DNA of 64,000 bases. Origin: the human T2T-CHM13v2.0 reference genome, Homo sapiens. Made by a program: the position numbers and the translations under genes. Numbering within the stretch: position 1 is the stretch's first letter; each line of letters begins with the position of its first letter. Where the stretch lies: NCBI RefSeq assembly GCF_009914755.1, contig NC_060925.1; one strand, written 5' to 3'. This document shows, piece after piece, positions 13,754-27,560 of this stretch. The notes under the pieces are model-generated. The model ran no database searches. It saw only the letters and a program-made list of their open reading frames with translations, and was not told the origin of the DNA.

Positions 13754-16364
13754 CATTTATTTAATTAAAAAAAAAAAAAAGAAAATTTAGGAACCACTCG
13801 TTTTAAACAAAGTTGTAGTCTTAGTATTTTCCCATCACTGTGAGTCAACTCTACAGAAATGTAGCTAATCTACATTTTTCAAGAACTTAAATACAACAGA
13901 AAAAAATAATTGAAGTAGATAAGTTGTCTCTTATCCATACTTTTGACTTCCCTTAGTCTGAGTTGACCTGTTTGTGCTGCAAACCAAATTATTAGTACAA
14001 TTTCACTCCCTTTCTTCATTGTCCCCATTGTTATCCAATTAAATCTTCTATTTTTCTGTCTTTTTATTTCGTATAATATTGATATTCAACATCACCTTGT
14101 AGGTCGTAACTCTCAGATGCCAATTAAAAATATTTCATGTTGACTTATGACATTACTAAATTATGGGAAATTTAAGGAGTTTTGTTCCTGGATATTTCTA
14201 TTCTCTTATAACTTGCTACCACCTACAGTTTCTGAGGAAAATATTATGAAAACCTTTTCTACACTTGTTGAAGTCATGGAAATACAAACAAACAAACAAA
14301 AGAACACAAAGTAGATGGGCTCATTTTGTATGATGCACAGATGATAGATTTGGTAGATTCAGCCTGTCAGTCGCTCAGGTTCTGCCCCAGAGGTCAATGT
14401 AGCTGAGGCAGGTCCTTCAGAAACAATGTAAATTCCTTTCCTGTAACCAGGCTGCCCTGGTTTAAAATATCTTTTCATCTCCATTACAAAGATAAACTAT
14501 TAGGTCAGTGGCAAAAACCACAATTACCTTTGCACCAACTTAATATTTTCTCCATCGATGACGAGCAAGGGACAATTGTAATTCCCCTTATTTCAATATT
14601 TTTTTCTCACATAAGACAAGTTGTCGAAGAACTAAATATAGTTGTTTCTCTTCAAGCCTTTCTACTTGTTTCCCCAAGTGTTAAAAGCTTGACACACTCT
14701 TAGACAAAATGAAATAATATTAGCAATGTTATTACAAACTTCAGTTATAACCAAAAGCAAATCATGATGTAAAATACTTCTGTTCATTACCAGTGATTTG
14801 AACATGGGTCTGAAATATGACCATATTCGACCTTGGAAAAACCTCCTAACAAGCTTATTAGGATATGCACTGATAATTCTTGGTTGCTCTTGGCAATCAG
14901 AATGTTTTGCCTAAGGGAAAATTTAAATTCTGGAGCTGCTCTTTTTTTCCTCACCTTACTGTGTAACCTTGAAATAACCTTGAAATAACACAAAGACTAA
15001 ACTGCAGGTGGTGTTTATTTAAGAGCCTTAGGCAGTTTAAGCAGAAGCTGGTGTGTCAGAGAACTCTATTCTTGAAAAGGTGCCTTCAAGGTGTTATTTT
15101 CCTGAGTAAGATGCTTATAAAAGATCTATCTACAATTTGTTTAGAAAAGCTAATCTGCAGTTTAAAAAATTGTTTTTACATAATTCATCTTAGTATCTGA
15201 AAATTTTCTGGTTTAGCTTTCAGAGTTTTTTTTTTTTTTTTAATTTATAATAAACTTTCCCTATGACAGATTAAATTACATGCCCAGAAGCTGTTCTCAA
15301 AGGGCAAAGTACTGGAAAGAAATAATATTAAAGAATCCTGAAGGGAGAGCTTCCAATTTCAGTTCAACAAAGAATAAATTCAACAGAGAGGTTGACTTGA
15401 TCTCTATGAAATACAGTATTTTTCTGCGTCTAGATCAGTATGTCTTTTTGGCTCAATGTTTTTTTTTTTTTCAAATGACTTTCATCATCTTCCTCAAAAC
15501 ATTGATTATTAAAATTTAGATGCGATGTTAAAAAAAATGAGTGACCTGTCCAGGGAGTTTATTTTTAAGCAAGGTAGTCTGAGATCCTGTCTATTTCTTG
15601 GTCCTTGTAAGGTTCATACATCATGTGTTGATTTCAGTTAGGTTACCGGGACCTTACAGGCTACACTGCAAGTTGTTCTGGCAGGTCTTTAACTGATCTT
15701 CCCCCTTTTGGAGCACAAATGGCAAATTGTTGTTTTGTTCTGTTTTTTCTCAAGAGTGTGTGGCATGTTGCCATCTTCCATCTTCTGTGAGTTTCCTGAT
15801 GACTGTCTTTATGTGTTCTATTAGGTCAATAGAAGAACTTCTTCCTGACTCCCTTGCCTCTTTAGTTGATGAAAATGATAGGACAGTTTCATGAGCGAAT
15901 AATTTCTTATCATTTTCTTACTGAAAAACTCTCTCACAAAAGGAGCTGGTTAAGCTTTAAGCGAAAGTTCCACATGGAGCTCTGGCAATGGGAGGAACAT
16001 AAAAGATTGTTGGGTCTAAAAGGAAGAATCAGATGTTGCTCATCAGTTTTAAACAACACCTGAAGAGCAGACGAAAGGGTCCTCTTTCAGTTTTTCTGAA
16101 ACTGTGTTGTAATGACAAAATGGTTTTGTGTGTCTGTGTGGTTCTGTTTCTGTTTTGTTTTTGACTTCACAGGAAGAGGTTTAAACATGAAGGCAAACCT
16201 TATAGATGTTAGCATGGCTACATATAAAGCAAAGCTGCCTCTTTTTTTTTCTTTTCTCTGCTTCCATTTAGGCCTATCACATAATTTAAGAAAACATAAA
16301 ATTAACCACAGGAGCGCTAACTATAGTGTGACAAAAAAAACCCTGATCAATTTTGTTTTCGCAG

Positions 16365-16421
16365 CACGATATTATCAAAGATTTAAGAAACAAATTTGCC
16401 AGCCTCGGCGAGAACTCTCTG
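16365..16421 (+). CDS. RYR2: Candidate RYR2 57-nt cassette exon HDIIKDLRNKFASLGENSL
   Basis: ccctgat branch-like motif, ttttgttttcgcag acceptor, CTG|gtaaca donor, 19 open codons in phase 0 matching intron-80 phase. Confidence 0.55.
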
Positions 16422-17590
16422 GTAACAGCATAAATGTCTGTGTTGGTTGCTTTTGATTTAAAGGTTTCTTTTTTCATTTGTTTGAGCCCATTTCTTTTCC
16501 CCCTCCTTTTAGTTCACTTTATTTTTCATATTCTGTAACTAGCAAGCCTTCATTTTTTAAACCTCTTCCATCTTCCAGTGTCTATTTTCTGTATTTTGGA
16601 TGGAAAGTTTATGGCAGCAAAGCTGTCATTCTGGCTACCTCTGCTGCAGCTCTTCCTGCTCTTAGGTCATATATGTTTTGGCCGTTGTGTTTATGGACAT
16701 GATACTAATTGACTGTTTCATGTCCCATTGACTAAGCTTCTCTACCACGCCATTTGATGGACTCACTGTCATAGGGCTCTATGCAACTTTCATTCTGCAA
16801 CTTATACTGCTTAGTTCCTTCTCAATTCTCCAGTGAACTGGATTGCTCAAGTGAATGGTCATACCAGTCTTGAACTTGCTGTGCCTTTATATTTTATTTT
16901 TATTTTCTTCTTTATGTTTTCAGTGGTAGCTTAAGTGGAAAAGAATAAACTCCAGCCATTGCTCCAGCAGTACCATGCAGTATCGTTTGTTACCACCAGA
17001 GAATACAAAATATAAAGGCACATTGCATCTCTTATTCTTTGGGGGTGACTGGGGAGATCTGTATCATAAATCCACTACTTCGTTGAAGCCTACCTTTTGA
17101 TTCATATCAGCTTTCAATTTTACTTAAACTTCAAGACATCTCAGTTAATGTTTTTCTGTGATTCAGTGATACTTTGCAACTCGAGCCATTTGCTGAGCAG
17201 TATCAAGTTATGGCCATGGCATGGGAGATTATTCAAAACGTGACAAACTTATGCACAAATGTATAAATCAGAAAGTGCAAGTTTCATTGATGAAGTACAG
17301 TACTTCAAAACTGTGATACAGGCTTTGAATGAATCAAATCATTAAAATTGAGAAAAAAAAATCCATGCTGATAAACCAGTACCAAAAACATATCAAGAAA
17401 ACTATAAAGGGGGAAAAAAAACAATAGTTGAATATGTTAATAATATCTGTTGAAGAACATCGTTGGTGTTGAAATGGTCCATAATGTTGTCATAGAGCCC
17501 ATACATGAAGAGATGACTAAAAATATGGTCTGTAGAAATCTGTTGTGCTTACTGATACCCTCAACATAAATGGTTGGGATTTGTGTTCAG

Positions 17591-17690
17591 GAAAAAGAAA
17601 TGGAAAAGCAAAAGCTTCTATACCAGCAAGCCCGACTCCACGATCGTGGCGCGGCTGAGATGGTGCTACAGACAATCAGTGCCAGCAAAG
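17591..17690 (+). CDS. RYR2: RYR2 exon ~81 (100 nt) [34 protein letters not shown]
   Basis: ttcag acceptor, AAG|gtaagg donor, RyR central-domain peptide. Confidence 0.98.
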
Positions 17691-17969
17691 GTAAGGTTCC
17701 TTGAGTTCCCCTCACGAGTGTCTGTTCTTCAGATTTCCTCGTTGCTCTCAAGGTCCTCCCTCATTTCAATTCCACTGACTCATTTAGTCCTGGGGTTTCT
17801 GGTTCATGACTATATCAGGTGCCTATTCACAAATACGAGCTCTCATTGTTTACGGAGACCAATGTTAATTTTTTTTTTCAGAGTCTTACTATACAGATTC
17901 ATTTTCATTCTGTTCTTTAAGTTTTGGAAACTATGTTATAACTAAACCTTAGCAGACTGATCCTATAAA

Positions 17970-18219
17970 ATGGGGGTGCACGAGCTTTTTCTTTAAGGCT
18001 GGAGAGTCAATATGTTCAGCTTCGAGGGTTATGCAACCTGTCACAGCTCTTCAACTGTGCCATGTTAGCAGGAAAGCTGCCAGACACAATAAGTACACAA
18101 ACAGCGTGGCTGTGTTCCAAAAAAACTTTATTTACACACACTTTGTTTACACACATAGGTGGCAAGCTGTAATTTTTTTATGTAATTTATGGTATTTTGC
18201 CATAGTTTGCTGACTCTTG
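17970..18219 (-). mobile_element. MER58A-like hAT-Charlie element
   Basis: gcgtggctgtgttccaaaaaaactttatttac and gccatagtttgctgactcttg match reverse MER58A. Confidence 0.75.
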
Positions 18220-18999
18220 ATACAAATATGGAGACTTTTAAAGTGAGACTTTTTTAACAATTAAGATGCTGTCATATATCTCAGTAGCCAGCTGTTTCAA
18301 GATGATTTTTTGTACATTCATAATAGCTTCTTTGTGAAAACATTTTAAATATAATTTGTAATGGAATGGAAAAGTAATGGTGGTACATTCTGTTATTAGG
18401 TACCCTTGTCCTTGAATAGAAGATTATTTATATTTCTAGGATAAATAGAGGTGAACAATGAAAAATGAAATATGTTACACTAAATAAAATTTTGTTATTA
18501 TCCGAATTACTTAAAATTGAGAATAGTCTGCCTAATAAACCAGACGTCAAACATATTAAAATAAAAGTGATACAATGAAAATGATGAAAGTTCTTCATAT
18601 ATAATACTGTTGAGGGAAGAGGGAGAGAAATTTTCTTTAAAGAAACTTTTAAGTAGCTCATACTTATTTTAATGTTTATTAAACACATAATTAATCTTGA
18701 ATCTTAATAATTTCAGGTCTCGATATTTCAAAATCAGTTGTCTTCCTATTCTGTTACTTCTATATCTTCTTATGGTTTCAGTTCTTAGATATTATAGAGA
18801 ATTTATTAAAAATGTTGATGCCAAATATGCATTATTATTATGTTAGCATTTTTTGGAACATAAGTCAGTCTCCCTATGCCATTAAACAGATTGCCTGGGG
18901 GGGCATAATAATAATTTTAAAAGTGCAGCATTGGAGGTAGAATAGGTTAATATAGAAGGCGAAATGATATAAGGAACACTACTTTTTTATATTTCTTAG

Positions 19000-19079
19000 G
19001 TGAAACTGGACCAATGGTAGCAGCTACTCTGAAACTTGGAATTGCTATTTTAAATGGTGGGAACTCCACAGTACAGCAG
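19000..19079 (+). CDS. RYR2: RYR2 exon ~82 (80 nt) [27 protein letters not shown]
   Basis: ttcttag acceptor, CAG|gtaaca donor. Confidence 0.98.
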
Positions 19080-19769
19080 GTAACAGCTTCCAGTCATTCA
19101 TATAATGTACTTTTCAGACAAATGGACCATATAGTAAAGAACTATTTGTTGTAAAATGTTTTATTTTCTATGTACAATATGGCTCAATTTTAGTTTACCA
19201 CAGTACTGAAGAGAGAGCAAAAGAGGGAAAAAGTAATTATGTGATAGTGTTACAAATCCAAACATAAAATGATGTCAAAATATCTGAAAACATCAAGTGT
19301 GACCTTTTATCATGTCAAATGAATTCTGGTGCTGAGGTATGAACCACTCTCTCACCATGCGTTTACCAAACTGTGGCTCTCTGGTTATGGAACCTGGCAG
19401 GGGTAACCAGCTCGTTCTGTTCCCAGAATAAGTGATTATATAGCTTTGAAAAAAGAAAAAATAAAACACTTAATCTCTCCAAAACATTTATCAAAAAATA
19501 ATGTCTCCTGCTTATGTTTTACTTAAGAAGACCCTCATTACTTAGTATGTATATTCAGAAGTCCTTAGATCCAGAGACAGGAGTGAGAGATCCTGTAATG
19601 TATACTTCTTGTCTATGTGGAACTTGTCTGTTTTCTTTATAACTTCAAATATATATCCCACCATCTCCTTTGATCCTGTAAGCCACATCCCTTTGTTTGA
19701 AAAAAAACAATGATTGTTTCATTTTTTATTTGACCAAAAGTTATCACACCCCCCGTAAATGGCTATATG

Positions 19770-19915
19770 GTTTTGTGTCTATGTGCGTATATATGTGTGT
19801 CTGTGTATCTGTGTATCATACCTACACTACGTGTATATTTGCTATTTGTGCATTTGTGCGTATATATATATATGCATATGTGCATATACTTTGTGCATAT
19901 GTATCCTTTACATAT
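19770..19915. repeat. Degenerate (TA/TG)n low-complexity tract
   Basis: Alternating purine-pyrimidine runs. Confidence 0.75.
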
Positions 19916-20330
19916 TTAGTTTGTATTGCCTTCGCTATCTGAAAAAGATTACTACTAAAATTTAGTCTGCTTAACTGAGCCCTTTTTAGAACAGCATTGA
20001 TAACAGGAATTGTTCTGCTCTTCCAGATTTGTAGAGAAGCAGTATTCTTATTTCCTTAAACCTTTGAGCATGCTTTCTATCATCTTGTATGTGCTTTTAC
20101 ATTTGAAATCTCTAATAAATTTTAACCATGTCAGAAATAGCTGTTTCGTTATGCTATGTAACAGTAAGCTAACAAGACAAAGCATTGCTTTAGCGTTTTT
20201 TTACATGTATGTTTAACCAAAATTTTGACCATAGATTCTGGACGTCATTCTGAGAACAAAGGAGAACATTTTAATAGCCAAATGATTCCTATTGTTTTTT
20301 CAATTTACAGACTATGGTAATGGAAACTGA

Positions 20331-20688
<358 letters not shown>

Positions 20689-21078
20689 TGTAATGCTGTT
20701 TAATGACATCACCTTGGTATGGAAACCTGTGAATAACATCTATAGGAATTTTCTTCCCAGTTAACTTGCACTAGAGTATCTGAATCACCAAATTACTTTA
20801 AGAGTGACCAGGAGAGAATTAAGAGTAATATATTACCCCTGACATTTTTGGTGCTTGTGGTGATGTGTAAGGCAACTAACCCTCTTATTCCAAGTTTGCG
20901 TAACTATCTTGCTTCGAGGTGTGTTCCTACTTCATGATAAAGATGGCATTAGTCATGTTTGTACGCAGTGAATATTTTCTGTCTATTCTAGAATGGAAAG
21001 CCTGTTTTGGTTGTTTATTTATTTAACAAACAATAAGATTTTTGTTCAGTGGCCATGTGGTTTCTATAATTCCCATAG

Positions 21079-21155
21079 AAAATGCTTGACTACCTCAAGG
21101 AGAAAAAGGATGTGGGCTTCTTTCAGAGCCTGGCCGGCCTGATGCAGTCATGTAG
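21079..21155 (+). CDS. RYR2: RYR2 exon ~83 (77 nt) [26 protein letters not shown]
   Basis: cccatag acceptor, TAG|gtaagg donor. Confidence 0.98.
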
Positions 21156-21388
21156 GTAAGGACTCACTTCCTTCTTGGGGGTTCTACTCAGTGGTTGTAT
21201 TTTTTCGAAGCATTTGTTTCTTACTCTGACGATAATTGCACATAGAAGAATAGTTAATGATTAACAACACTTTAAAGTGGGATAATCGGCAGTGTCTTGT
21301 TTTCTATCTTGTTTTAAGGGGTTGGTAATATCATAATTAATAACTTACAGAATGGTAATAATGTCTTAAAATAGCTTTCCCATAGTAC

Positions 21389-21686
21389 TATAATCCCAGA
21401 GCTTTGGGAGGAAGAGATAGGAGGATCCCTTGAGGCCAGCAATTCAAGACCAGCCTGGGTAACAGGGCAAGACTCCATCTCTACAAAAAGATTAAAAAAA
21501 AAAAAAAAGCTAGGCATGGTGGCAACACACCTGTACCATAGTCCTAGCTACTCAGGAGGCTGAGGTGGGAAGATTTCTTGAGCCCAGAAGTTCAAGGCTG
21601 TAGTGAGCTATGATAGTGCCACTACTGCAGCCTGAGAGACAGAGTGAGACCCTGTCTCTAATTTAAAAAAAAAAAAAAAAAAAAAA
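21389..21686 (+). mobile_element. Alu (AluJ-like, 5'-truncated), sense
   Basis: Diverged dimer with long A tail. Confidence 0.92.
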
Positions 21687-22117
21687 GCCTTCCCCGTGTT
21701 TAAATAGGGATCTTGGAGAATTAGCGTATATTCTGCATACTTGAAAATGAGTTGTGTATGCTTTTTTAAAAAAGAAAATTCTATTTAGTTTTATTTAGGA
21801 GCTTGTAGGCCATTTCTCATTTTGTGACTAAATGATCACTAACTCATTTGCGGTAATCGTTTTCCATTTTTTTTCAAGATTTAAAATCATTCAGACAGCA
21901 TTTGACTAAGGAATCTGACACACATTTAATGTAAGAAGCTATTCCAACTGCAAAAACATAATTATTAGAATTTTATTTCTGCACATCTGCTGGCTTTGTA
22001 ATGTACTCCCCATGTTGAAACCTAAGAATGCTTTCATGTTTGACTTTCACATGGATCATTTCAGTGTAGGCCCAGGGGAGACACTAGTCTGCCACTAAGA
22101 AAATACGGTTGGTAAGC

Positions 22118-22151
22118 AATGAATGGAGACATGTAATGAATGGAGACATGT
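22118..22151. repeat. 17-bp perfect tandem duplication
   Basis: aatgaatggagacatgt x2. Confidence 0.9.
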
Positions 22152-22274
22152 TTTCAGTGTACGTTAACATTTGCTTCATCTTCCAAGATATATGGTGTTT
22201 AGATGTTTGCTCTCCTGAGCAAAGAAAATGTTCTATTAGTCCTCTAAATGTTTTTTTTTCCCTTGTTATTATAG

Positions 22275-22348
22275 TGTCCTTGACCTAAATGCATTTGAGC
22301 GACAAAACAAAGCTGAAGGTCTTGGGATGGTGACAGAGGAAGGATCAG
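22275..22348 (+). CDS. RYR2: RYR2 exon ~84 (74 nt) [26 protein letters not shown]
   Basis: attatag acceptor, CAG|gtatta donor (phase 1). Confidence 0.98.
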
Positions 22349-24213
22349 GTATTAATGACTTACATTAAAAGGATCACCTGTCTCCCTTCCCTCCCTGAAA
22401 CGAGTCAATTATCAATTACCTTTCAAGTAGAGAGATAAGAAGTTATTTTAAAGTTGATGAAATGCTTACATGACTCATTTCAAAGTTCATAGTTGGACAC
22501 CGGTCACACCCTAAAACCAACCTTCCACGCCGGTCATTAACTCCTTGTGTGCCAGCCCCATTGCCAGCTGCCTTTCCCCTTATTGGGTTTTCAATGAGGA
22601 ATAATGGTTGAATGAAGGATCAAGATCCTTTATTAGAGAATTTTCTGGGAAATCATAAACCACATAGATGAACCTTTCAAGAACATTTGACTTTCTTTGG
22701 CCACTTTAGCAAAGTCGGGCTCTCAGATTCTTTTATTTCCTTAGGATAGTGATCCTTTGAGCTCCTTCAGTCTACTCTCATTCCTATTCCCTCCTCTTCC
22801 CTTCCAGCACAGTGATCCTCAAATCCATACATGTTTGCAAGTCTAGATTGATGAAAGAAATTAGAGACCAGTTATTTCGCTTAAATAATTCTGTGCACAA
22901 AAGCAGAGATACACGTGATCTTAGAATTTTTCTCTCTCTAAATAGATGCTGGTATAAACTAGAAAGTTTAGCATACAATGCATTTAAAGCAGAAATAACC
23001 TTTGCTGCCCTTTCATTTTAGCAGTATTTATTAAGAAAAAAATCTTCAGTAGTTTTTGGTTTGATTTGTTTTTATTCTTTTGTGTTTGATTTTTAAACTA
23101 GTTTTACTCAGGGCCCCGTATGTTTATCTGTTTTTGTTTGTTTTGTGTGGTTTGGATATGTCTTCTTGTCAATTATTAGTTTTGGAACATTGGGTCTTTT
23201 ATTGGACTAATCTTATTTCAAAAAATAATTTTTTCTCCCATCTGCCATTTGTAGTCTATGTTTATTTCTCTGAAATATTTTAGGATTAACTAATTTATCT
23301 ATGTATTTTTTTGTTCTCACAAATAGGAAAAACAACATTTCTTATTGTATTTTAAAGTTTATTATTAATACCCATTCTGACATTGCTACCACTATGTGGC
23401 TCCCGTGTTTATTTTATTTTCTGCTTGACATTTGGATGTACAAGTGCAGTCAACAAAAATAAGTCATATGGTTACTAAACTGAGTTAGCTACCTTCAAGA
23501 ACAATCACTGACACCATTCTATAACTTCTTAGGTTTTCTGGCCTAAGGTTCTGGCCTGAGGTTCAGAAGGCCAGACCTTTGAGAAAAGTCACCAGTGCCA
23601 CTCTAAACCGACTTAGGTTTTCTGGACCCATCTGCAGAACTTGGAGCCACTGCAGATCTCAGGGCCTATCACCTGCCTACCTCCAGCATCTCTCCAAAGT
23701 CCTAAGCAATTTTCAGCTATAAAATTTCTAAAAATGAATGAAGTCTCTGTCCAAAGCCTGACTTCCCTGTCTTGGAATTAGAAATCAATTTCATTTTCCC
23801 CTGTAGTTATTACCTAATGTTCCAGGGGCTCCTACCACAAATCCATAGTCATTCTTAGTCGCTGTTCATATCAGCTCCCAAAAGGAATAGCAGCCACTTA
23901 GGTTATTTTCCTCAGCCTCCTTTCCTTCGTCAGGCGGATATGGGTTGGAATAACATTTTCGAGTCCCAAGTCAGAAAGAACTTTGTGAGAGTGACCATTC
24001 TGATGTGAGAATTCTTTATATCTCTCAAAAGGAGATTGATTTAACTTGTGCATTCTTTTTCAACACATAAGAAAATAATTACTCAAACCGATTAACACGT
24101 TTTGTATTATTTCCTTACAAACAGAAAAACAAAAGCAAAATCTCAACTTTTTTTCTTTTTCCCCATTTCCTTTTCTTTCGACTACTGTAAATGTACTACC
24201 CTCCCTTCCTCAG

Positions 24214-24231
24214 TCATCACTCATGAGCGTG
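24214..24231 (+). CDS. RYR2: Candidate RYR2 18-nt microexon VITHER (paralog of RYR1 ASII)
   Basis: Long pyrimidine tract + cttcctcag|TCATCACTCATGAGCGTG|gtaatt; symmetric phase 1; same position and length as RYR1 VINRQN / RYR3 LIVRER. Confidence 0.8.
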
Positions 24232-25499
24232 GTAATTATTAAAAATGAACTGTCTTTTGTTTATTTGCTCCTTTATTTGTTGTTAGCTTTGTGTACAGAC
24301 TTGATAGTGACAATTTCCGTGCATTCTTTTTTGTTGTAGACTGTTTTAACAAGTAGATTATTTAATTTCCATCATTATGCATCCTGTTATTTTTTACATT
24401 TACACATCTAGCTTTCCTCCTTTTCTTTCTTGTTTCTATGAGGATGTACAGTTATTAGTATGTCAGATATGAAGGGGCAACAAGCATTTCAATTACATTT
24501 TCGGATTGGTTTTGTTGCTTTTCAGTTAAAAACCTTTCTGGTGGGCCCAGCGTCTGCAACTGTTGTGTCAATGAATGATCCTAGAATGTGTGCCCTAGTC
24601 TCCCTGTGGCGTTTCTGTCTTGAACATGCTGTGGCTTTATGGCTGTACTGATTGGTGCACGGGAAATCGGTGACAGATTCAAGGAGGACGTGACAAGCTG
24701 AGTCTCCTCCTCGCCAGTGTGCTCTGCCAGTTGCCTTCCAAGTATTGGGAGGCCTACTGAGTTTTTCCTCTATTCCTTTGAAAATCTGACAGATTACAAA
24801 TCATTTAACATCAAAACTAATTTTTATTTTTGTGACTGAATTCAAAGAGCAGTAGAAACAATAGCAACTATTTGCTCCTCAAACTAATATACTAGCAAAG
24901 ATGCCATTAGTAATTCAAAGTAGTTTCTGAAAGACATTCTATGCAGTGGAAATAAGGGATGAGATTTTAGATAGTACTTAGGACGCCAACAAGGCTTCCA
25001 AGATTAAATTGTGCTTTCTGAATACATGCTATTGCCTTAATCAAGAGACCTATTAGGAGCATATGTAAGGGCCACTCATTAGCTCTATTAATATTACAGT
25101 ATCTTCCAGATTGTTTTAAGAATTCCTATACAGACACTTTTGGCATGTTTAAATATATCTGTTTTGAGATCACTCTTTTGTTTAAGATTCTGTAAAAGTT
25201 AAAAAAGCCTACATACACTCACAGGAGAAGAAAAATCAATCATCCCTCTTGGAAGGGATAGAAAAGGCTGAAAAAGCAACATCTGTTAGTGATGTCACTT
25301 GCTTCAACACTTGAGGCTCAGAGAGCATGGGCTTAGCACTGAGAAAATAATCTGTTGTACCTGAATCTTCTACATCCTTGCCCACTGTTTTTATTAAGCT
25401 AAGTCTCTTCCTAATGACGACAATATGACCATAAATTATATAGCCATGGAAAATGTATAAGCTCAAATGCATGAACTTTTGATACCCGCAACCCTCCAA

Positions 25500-25625
25500 T
25501 GAGGTAGCTATTACCTTGATTTTATAGATAAGGAAACAGAGGAACAGAAAGGTTTCTTGACTTGTCCAAGGTCACACAGCTAAGCGGCAAGGCTGAGACT
25601 GAAATGCAGGCATTCTGCCTCCCAC
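25500..25625 (-). mobile_element. MIR SINE fragment
   Basis: attttatagataaggaaacagagg...gacttgtccaaggtcacacagctaag core. Confidence 0.75.
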
Positions 25626-25763
25626 TGTTTAATTTACAGATCCCACGAGTGAAGTCACTTCCCTCCCATCTGTTCATATTCTTCAGGGGCTTACTTCATG
25701 TCTACCATTGCCTTAGGTAGCATTTTTTTTTTTTTTTTTTTTTTTGCCCCTTGACTTACTGTT

Positions 25764-26150
<387 letters not shown>

Positions 26151-27129
26151 TGAACTTTTTATGGTTACAAATGTTCCTAACCTGGTATTGAGATGCCATG
26201 AGGAACTGTGTGTTTCTTTGAGGTTTGTATCTACAGATTTCAGATGAATTATTTATACTGTTTTTTTTCTGCTGCCATTATTGTCATGCAAGTTTGACCT
26301 CTGTCTCCTTTTTATACTAAGTTTCTCTCATTTCTATGAAAGCCTGAGCCTCCCAGTTTTTTTTTTTTAAAGGTTCTTCAGGAAATGTGTTAGTTTGTAA
26401 TATGCTCAATGCTGTCTGTGCTGTATATTTTATATTTATATGTGTTTTCTTTTAATGACTTAATCAAATTCAAAAACAAAACCTGTATGAATATTTAAAA
26501 TGTCATTCCATTCTTGGATTTTTAATTTGCTTTTTTATCAGAACCATTAACCCCATTACCAAATCATTATGACATTGAAAGTGCAATTTTTCTGCTTTCA
26601 AAATTCTTCTTGGAATATAGCAGAAGATACTGAATTTTTTTTTTTTGATCATGAGGTAGTCCTGGACTTCATAAAAGCAAGACAAAGTTTTGAAGTTGAT
26701 CCGATTTCTTAAAAATAGTTTGATTTTTTAAAATCCTCACTACAACATTAACTACCAATTAACCTTCCCCACCTTTCTATCTGTATCTGATAATTTGTTT
26801 CACTGAGGTTCTTACTGATATATTTATAATCATCTAATCAAATTTATGTGAAGTTGAAGCAACACAAATTGATTAAGCAAAGAGATTGAATTGATCTTTA
26901 AGTATTGGTTACCCTAACTTTTTGATACTCTTGATTGCTTAATTATTTATGGGCTACCTTTTCCTCAAGATTTTCCAAATACTTTCACAAGTGTAGTTTA
27001 GTATTCTGTGTACCTTATTCTGCCATTCTTGTGGGTAAATTTTCTCTTCAAGGAAAACTTGTGATGTTGGTTCGTGGCACCAAATACATTTTCTTAACAT
27101 CCTTGCAGTTTTTAAACTTTGAAGCGCTC

Positions 27130-27560
27130 ATTTAAATTAGAGTGACTATTATGTGCTAGATGGTGTCCTAGGCATTGGAAGCAATTTAGGAGCTCAGTAC
27201 TGTGTAGACAGACTTGTAAACAAATAAATTCAGAACAATGCTTTATGCATATAAAGGAATTTAGGTGGAAGTACTTAGCGGCTGGGATGTTGCGGGGCTG
27301 GGGGAGACGTGTAGTCTGAATTAGGAATCAAGGGGGTGGATAAGGAAGGCAAAGACATTCCAATGCGAGGGAACAGCATATGCAAAGTTCAAGGTACCAA
27401 ACACGGCAGAGAATGGTGACTAAGCTGTTATGAAGGAAAATGATCAGACTAGAGGATGGAAACATAGTACCTGGGAGGCCACGAAGGACCTTCTCTGCCC
27501 TGCCAAGGAATCTACACTTTATCTGAGGCCACAGAGAGCCATTAAATACCACTTAAGTGA
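27130..27560 (-). mobile_element. LINE-2 fragment
   Basis: tatgtgctagatggtgtcctaggcattgga...gagggaacagcatatgcaaag...gagccattaaa, typical L2 3' region antisense; approximate. Confidence 0.55.

Noticed and set aside
16173-16178. 6-nt microexon GAAGAG (EE)
   Set aside because: Good acceptor, but donor GAG|gtttaa is very weak; kept only within the stacked-acceptor finding.
16112-16456. 114-aa ORF spanning the stacked acceptors
   Set aside because: Low-complexity F/C/V-rich translation of pyrimidine tracts; the plausible coding unit (16365-16421) is in a different frame.
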